DNA from: Microcoleus sp.
GTDB taxonomy: Bacteria > Cyanobacteriota > Cyanobacteriia > Cyanobacteriales > Microcoleaceae
Length of the DNA: 64,000 nucleotides
Assembly (NCBI GenBank): GCA_052279835.1
Contig: CP181291.1
Location: 3,840,001 to 3,904,000, forward strand
Direction: 5' to 3'
Part shown: positions 59,193 to 64,000 of the stretch, piece after piece
How the letters are laid out: every line of letters begins with the position of its first letter
Numbering within the stretch: the first letter of the stretch is position 1
Notes under the pieces: generated by a model
What the model saw: only the letters and a program-made list of their open reading frames with translations
Database searches by the model: none
Told to the model about the DNA's origin: nothing
Made by a program: the position numbers and the translations under genes

Positions 59193-59640
59193 ATATCAAA
59201 TGGGGTAGCATCGGCCTGCATTCATCTCTCTTATCTTCCTCTGTGTCCTCTGCGTTCTCTGTGGTAAAAATAATTCAAGTTGCATCGGAATGATTTAACC
59301 GCGAAGGCGCAAAGGGCGCGAAGGAAGAGAAGAGAGAGATTAATAATTCTGATGAAGAGAGGATTTGATATCAAATGGGGTAGCATCGGCCTGCATTCAT
59401 CTCTCTTATCTCCCTCTGTGTCCTCTGCGTTCTCTGTGGTAAAAATAATTCCAGTTGTATCGGAATGATTTAACCGCGAAGGCGCAAAGGGCGCGAAGGA
59501 AGATAAGAGAGAGATTAATAATTCTGATGAAGAGAGGATTTGATATCAAATGTGGTAGCATCGTCCTGTATTCATCTGTCTTATCTTCCTCTGTGTCCTC
59601 TGCGTTCTCTGTGGTAAAAATAATTCCGGTTGTATCGGAA
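59193..59640. repeat. Tandem array of about 2.5 copies of a 175-bp MITE unit
   Basis: Units start at 59193, 59368 and 59543, each TATCAAAT...ATTTGATA, joined through GATATC. Confidence 0.9.
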
Positions 59641-59651
59641 ACGATAGGACT

Positions 59652-59685
59652 AAAAAACGCAGATAATCGGGATTTATCTGCGTTT
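59652..59685 (-). terminator. Intrinsic terminator after the second RTX gene
   Basis: AAACGCAGATAA / TTATCTGCGTTT stem with a T-run on the minus strand. Confidence 0.75.
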
Positions 59686-59728
59686 ATTAAGGCTTATTTG
59701 GGTTTTAAGTAAGGGGCGATCGATTTAC

Positions 59729-62700
59729 TTAAATTATGCTAAAGTTCTGGGGTCCGATCGCCCTTGCGGGGACTCCATTCAGTACAGCCAACACTTCGCC
59801 AGTATTGGCAATCGTGATGAAAGTTGCATTGTTTTGTGGAATGAAACTGAGTCGATCGACTGTCAAACCTCCTGTTAAAATCAGCACATCTTCACCTGGG
59901 ATAAAATCAGTAATAAAATCGCTGCCTTGTCCGGGGGTCAACAAAAAGTAATCGCCACCACTTCCCCCTTGCAACGTATCGTTTCCGAAATCTCCAATCA
60001 GCCAGTCATCGCCCAGCCCGCCAGCGACACAATCGTCACCTTTGCCGCCGTAAACACTATCATTGCCCTCACCGCCGCAGAGTTCGTCAACACCGCCATT
60101 GCCAAACATCAAATCGTTGCCTTCCCCGCCGCACAAGGAATCTGCTTCACCGTTAAGGTCGATCGCACTTTCTCCAAAAATAGTATCGTCCCCTGCGCCA
60201 CCACACACAGTATCAGTACCGCGATCGCCACACAATAGATCGTCGCCAGTATCACCAACAAGTACATCATTGCCCTTGCCACCGTCTAGGGTGTCATTGC
60301 CCTTACCACCGTCTAGGGTGTCAGCGCCATATCCCCCATGCAGGAAGTCTTGCCCTGCCCCACCATAAAGCAAATCGCGTCCTGTCAAGTCGGGGTTAAA
60401 TGGGTCAAAAGTGCCTCCAAATAAGCAGTCGTTACCGTTGTATCCGACCAATGTGTCATTGCCCTTCTCCCCCCAAATCAAGTCATCTTCCTTGCCGCCG
60501 ATCGCCACATCATCACCACTACCCCCGAAAATGAGATCGTTGCCGCCATCGCCGTTGAGGTAATCATTGCCCTTGCCGCCATAAAGCACATCATTGTCTG
60601 TATCCGGGCTAAGAAGCATATCGCTGAACAGTCCGCCATAAATATTATCGTTGCCCTTTTTACCGATGAGAATGTCGTTGCCATTCCCACCGTTGATGGA
60701 GTCGTTGAGCTTGCTGCCAGTGAGGAAGTCGTCGCCGTCAGTGCCATTGAAAGTGCGATCGACCCGATTCGGGCCCGGAATCAAACTCATAGGGGGCACA
60801 GAAATCTCCTCGCAAATGCAATCGCTATCGTCTGGAGTCTGTAGGGGCGGTGTCTCCGTGTCCCCTCCCGTGGGAATCGGAGTCGGAGATGGAGTTTCCG
60901 TGGGAATCGGAGTCGGAGATGGAGATGTTGTCGGAGTTGGAGATGTTGTCGGAGTCGGAGATGGAGTTTCCGTGGGAATCGGAGTTGGAGATGGAGTTTC
61001 CGTGGGAATCGGAGTCGGAGATGGAGTTTCCGTGGGAATCGGAGTCGGAGATGGAGTTTCCGTGGGAATCGGAGTCGGAGATGGAGTTTCCGTGGGAATC
61101 GGAGTCGGAGATGGAGTTTCCGTGGGAATCGGAATCGGAGATGTCGCCGGAGTCGGAGATGTCGCCGGAGTTGGAGATGTCGCCGGAGTTGGAGATGTCG
61201 CCGGAGTTGGAGATGTCGCCGGAGTTGGAGATGTCGCCGGAGTTGGAGATGTCGCCGGAGTTGGAGATGTCGCCGGAGTTGGAGATGTCGCCGGAGTTGG
61301 AGATGTCGCCGGAGTTGGAGATGTCGCCGGAGTTGGAGATGTCGCCGGAGTTGGAGATGTCGCCGGAGTTGGAGATGTCGCCGGAGTTGGAGATGTCGCC
61401 GGAGTTGGAGATGTCGCCGGAGTTGGAGATGTCGCCGGAGTTGGAGATGTCGCCGGAGTTGGAGATGTCGCCGGAGTTGGAGATGTCGCCGGAGTCGGAG
61501 ATGTCGCCGGAGTCGGAGATGTCGCCGGAGTCGGAGATGTCGCCGGAGTTGGAGATGTCGCCGGAGTCGGAGATGTCGCCGGAGGATTGTTTACAATAAT
61601 GGTCGCTGTCGCGATCGCAGAATCTACTTTCCCGTCATTAGCTTTGTAAGTAAAACTATCACTACCCACAAATCCTGTATTAGGAGTGTAATTAAAGCTG
61701 CCATCGGATTTCAAGTTGATCGCCCCTTTAGTCTGCCCTGTAACTAAAACCGCAGTTAGGGAATCTTGGTCCGCATCCGTATCATTCCTTAAAACACCTG
61801 TAGCCACAGGTACGTTGAGAACTTGTCCACCATTGATGCTGTAGCTGTCAGCAATCGCTACAGGTGGGTTGTTGGTGACATTAATCACAAATGTCTGGTT
61901 TGCCGAAGTATCCACGCCACCGTTAGCTATACCGCCGTTGTCTCTGAGGTTGATAGTGATATTAGCCTTGCCAGTTGCAGTTGTTGCGGGGGTAAAACTC
62001 AGTTGTCCGAAAGAGTCGATCGCCGGTGGTACGCTAAATAAACTGGGATTGTCATTCCCCACCACTTGAAAACTAACGGTTTGTGTTGACTCGTTCGCCG
62101 GCCCTGGAGAAATCACTGTCGCCCATCCAGCAAAGGTTTGCGGGCCTGCGTTGTGATTGACGATGCGATCTACCCCTTTGACAAAGGACGGCGCGTCGTT
62201 GACCGGATTAACGGTAATTGTTGCTGTCTCGCTGGCTGTGCTGAAAGCTGCTAACCCCCCCATACTGCTAGCAGTCGAAATATCAGCCGTCCCACCGTTG
62301 GTGAGGGTAGTACCGCTAGAGTTAGTTGTCGTTCCATCCCATGCCTGATAGGTGATATTGGCAGTGCCGTTGTAGTCAGCATTGGGAAGAAAGCGGATGC
62401 GGGCATTGCCTGCTAGCAGTCTCGCTGCTGCTGTTGAGGGCGTGCCGAATGCCGTCCAAGTCGCACCGCTATCAATTGAATATTGCCAACTGCCGTTAGT
62501 ATTGTCTGTCGCCGTGACTGCAATTCCTTGAGTGTCGGCGGTGTCGGGATCTGTAACAGCACCTGCAATTAAAGCAGAAACTAAGGTGCCGCTGTTGCTG
62601 GCAGAAGGTACATCTTCGTTAATTGCTGTTAGTACCGGCGAACCGCTGTTGTTAAGTACGGGTGCGTTGTTGGCTGCAAACGCTGCGAATGCGGTGGGAA

Positions 62701-64000
62701 TCGCAAAATTGTTGTCGCTGACAAGAATCAGCGATCGCTTCCCAGTTGCTGTTTGAGAAGGCCCAAATGTCATCCCTTCAAAATTATTGATCGGGAAGCC
62801 TGAAGTCTTTGGGAAATCAGCAATCAGGGTTTTCGATACCGGTGTAATGCCAGCCAAACCAGAAGCAATCAAGCCAGTATTGTTTTGAATGTCAGTCGCA
62901 CCGTTTAAAGAAATTTGATAGAGCTTCAAATCGCCTGACGGCGGATTCGTTGATAAGTCGAGAAAACGTTCGAGAACCAGCAGCGTATTATCATCAACGG
63001 CCAGCATTTCCGAAATGCCGTTGCCTGGATCGGTATTGTAAAGAAATTCTCCGTTTGCGGTGTTTGTGGTTAAGTTATATTTTAAAATCCGCGATCGCGT
63101 GCCAATTGTAGCCGTTGTCAGTGTAGCAGGGCCGTCTTGTTCGAGAGCATTTTCTGTTGCTGTAAACAGAAAACTTTGACTGGGAGTAATGGTCAGACTT
63201 TCAAAAGCTTGATTGTTGCGGATGCCAATGTTAGTAGCTGCTGATACGTCGTATTTGGGAGAAGAAATTGGCAGCGCTAGATTTTGAACTCCTGTTGCAA
63301 TGACGAATTTATTGATAAAAGGCTGGGTAGTTGTCGAGAAATTGCCTTCAGAAGAGACGAAGACATTGCCGCCGATGAAGCCAATGCCCTCTGTATCCGA
63401 TGTATCTGTGGCAAAGGGAGGCGGATTGCCAATCTGTGTCACCGCTGTAAAATTAACTTGTCCTGCTGCTGGTGTCAAGATACCAGAACTTACAGTAGGT
63501 ATAGTGAGGGTGTAAAAGCGAGACGGGCCGGGACTGGAACCAGCAATATTGCGGCCGTCAGAGATAGCGTAGTAAGTGTTGTTGCCCGCGTAGGTAAGGC
63601 CAGACAGTCCACCTACCTGAGTGCCTCCAACAGGAAAAGTTGTATTTGCCGGAAATCCTGCTTGTCCCAAAAGTTGGAGGCCGAATACAAATTGATAGGT
63701 GGTTCTGGTGGCTGGGTCGATCGCCAACCCAGAAGACACCGACCCAGTTGTATAATCTAATTCCCAGTTTCCGCCCTTAGCTGCGCTGCCTACAGGCGTG
63801 CTAGAAGCCGCAATTTTTGCCTTGGTTAACAGACTGATTTGCTGCACGAAGTTAGCGCCCGCCTCGCCCGCCGCTACCTCGCACCCGTACAGCAAAATCT
63901 CTGCATTTTCTACTAGGGCTGTTGACCACTGCTGCAATTGCTTAGCATAGGTTTTTAAATTTGTCAAGCTTAAGTTAATTGCCCCTAGCTGCAAACTTCC
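59729..64000 (-). CDS. Giant RTX surface protein (5' end outside the window): DUF4347, phytase-like esterase propeller, Ig/cadherin-like domains, Pro/Thr/Ser stalk, RTX repeats
   Basis: [16 protein letters not shown] (DUF4347); GGLSGL, ISD, DTEGI, SSEG, NQAFESL, NFEGM, VSDNNF (phytase-like esterase); GGxGND repeats. Confidence 0.92.
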   Translation of the reverse strand, partial: GSLQLGAINLSLTNLKTYAKQLQQWSTALVENAEILLYGCEVAAGEAGANFVQQISLLTKAKIAASSTPVGSAAKGGNWELDYTTGSVSSGLAIDPATRTTYQFVFGLQLLGQAGFPANTTFPVGGTQVGGLSGLTYAGNNTYYAISDGRNIAGSSPGPSRFYTLTIPTVSSGILTPAAGQVNFTAVTQIGNPPPFATDTSDTEGIGFIGGNVFVSSEGNFSTTTQPFINKFVIATGVQNLALPISSPKYDVSAATNIGIRNNQAFESLTITPSQSFLFTATENALEQDGPATLTTATIGTRSRILKYNLTTNTANGEFLYNTDPGNGISEMLAVDDNTLLVLERFLDLSTNPPSGDLKLYQISLNGATDIQNNTGLIASGLAGITPVSKTLIADFPKTSGFPINNFEGMTFGPSQTATGKRSLILVSDNNFAIPTAFAAFAANNAPVLNNSGSPVLTAINEDVPSASNSGTLVSALIAGAVTDPDTADTQGIAVTATDNTNGSWQYSIDSGATWTAFGTPSTAAARLLAGNARIRFLPNADYNGTANITYQAWDGTTTNSSGTTLTNGGTADISTASSMGGLAAFSTASETATITVNPVNDAPSFVKGVDRIVNHNAGPQTFAGWATVISPGPANESTQTVSFQVVGNDNPSLFSVPPAIDSFGQLSFTPATTATGKANITINLRDNGGIANGGVDTSANQTFVINVTNNPPVAIADSYSINGGQVLNVPVATGVLRNDTDADQDSLTAVLVTGQTKGAINLKSDGSFNYTPNTGFVGSDSFTYKANDGKVDSAIATATIIVNNPPATSPTPATSPTPATSPTPATSPTPATSPTPATSPTPATSPTPATSPTPATSPTPATSPTPATSPTPATSPTPATSPTPATSPTPATSPTPATSPTPATSPTPATSPTPATSPTPATSPTPATSPTPATSPTPATSPTPATSPTPATSPIPIPTETPSPTPIPTETPSPTPIPTETPSPTPIPTETPSPTPIPTETPSPTPIPTETPSPTPTTSPTPTTSPSPTPIPTETPSPTPIPTGGDTETPPLQTPDDSDCICEEISVPPMSLIPGPNRVDRTFNGTDGDDFLTGSKLNDSINGGNGNDILIGKKGNDNIYGGLFSDMLLSPDTDNDVLYGGKGNDYLNGDGGNDLIFGGSGDDVAIGGKEDDLIWGEKGNDTLVGYNGNDCLFGGTFDPFNPDLTGRDLLYGGAGQDFLHGGYGADTLDGGKGNDTLDGGKGNDVLVGDTGDDLLCGDRGTDTVCGGAGDDTIFGESAIDLNGEADSLCGGEGNDLMFGNGGVDELCGGEGNDSVYGGKGDDCVAGGLGDDWLIGDFGNDTLQGGSGGDYFLLTPGQGSDFITDFIPGEDVLILTGGLTVDRLSFIPQNNATFITIANTGEVLAVLNGVPARAIGPQNFSII
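60868..61583 (-). repeat. Coding tandem repeats: about 24 copies of an 18-bp unit (ATSPTP) and several 30-bp units ([10 protein letters not shown])
   Basis: GGAGATGTCGCCGGAGT(T/C) units read directly. Confidence 0.95.

Noticed and set aside
59193..59640. 175-bp and 18-bp (28323-28376) tandem units as CRISPR-like arrays
   Set aside because: No unique spacers; units are contiguous copies
1..64000. tRNA, rRNA, integrase, transposase or prophage genes
   Set aside because: No recognisable signatures found by eye

Overview
Chromosomal window of a filamentous cyanobacterium; the abundant HIP1 GCGATCGC sites, heptamer tandem repeats and MITE families suggest Oscillatoriales/Microcoleaceae (inference). 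Housekeeping and conserved genes include a PGM/PMM, pilT2, ilvC, mnmE, selO/ydiU, ppx, ubiA/plqA, wecB, rluE, ctpB and a GH116 glycosidase. Accessory features: (1) an orphan CRISPR array of 7 repeats and 6 spacers, transcribed on the minus strand with leader and terminator, in which one spacer encodes an RTX Ca-binding motif; (2) a tandem pseudokinase-TPR / kinase-TPR pair; (3) an AT-rich island at 31.2-36.9 kb encoding a CHAT(caspase-like)-WD40 protein, an HTH/DUF1822 module, a small probably secreted two-Cys peptide, an HTH-TPR protein and a sigma-like factor, which is the best candidate here for an undescribed signalling system; (4) a PstS-like lipoprotein coupled to a histidine kinase; (5) two tandem giant RTX surface proteins with Pro/Thr stalks; (6) many nested MITEs, some with clear target-site duplications. 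No rRNA, tRNA, cas or transposase genes were seen. All family calls come from motif recognition, not database searches.
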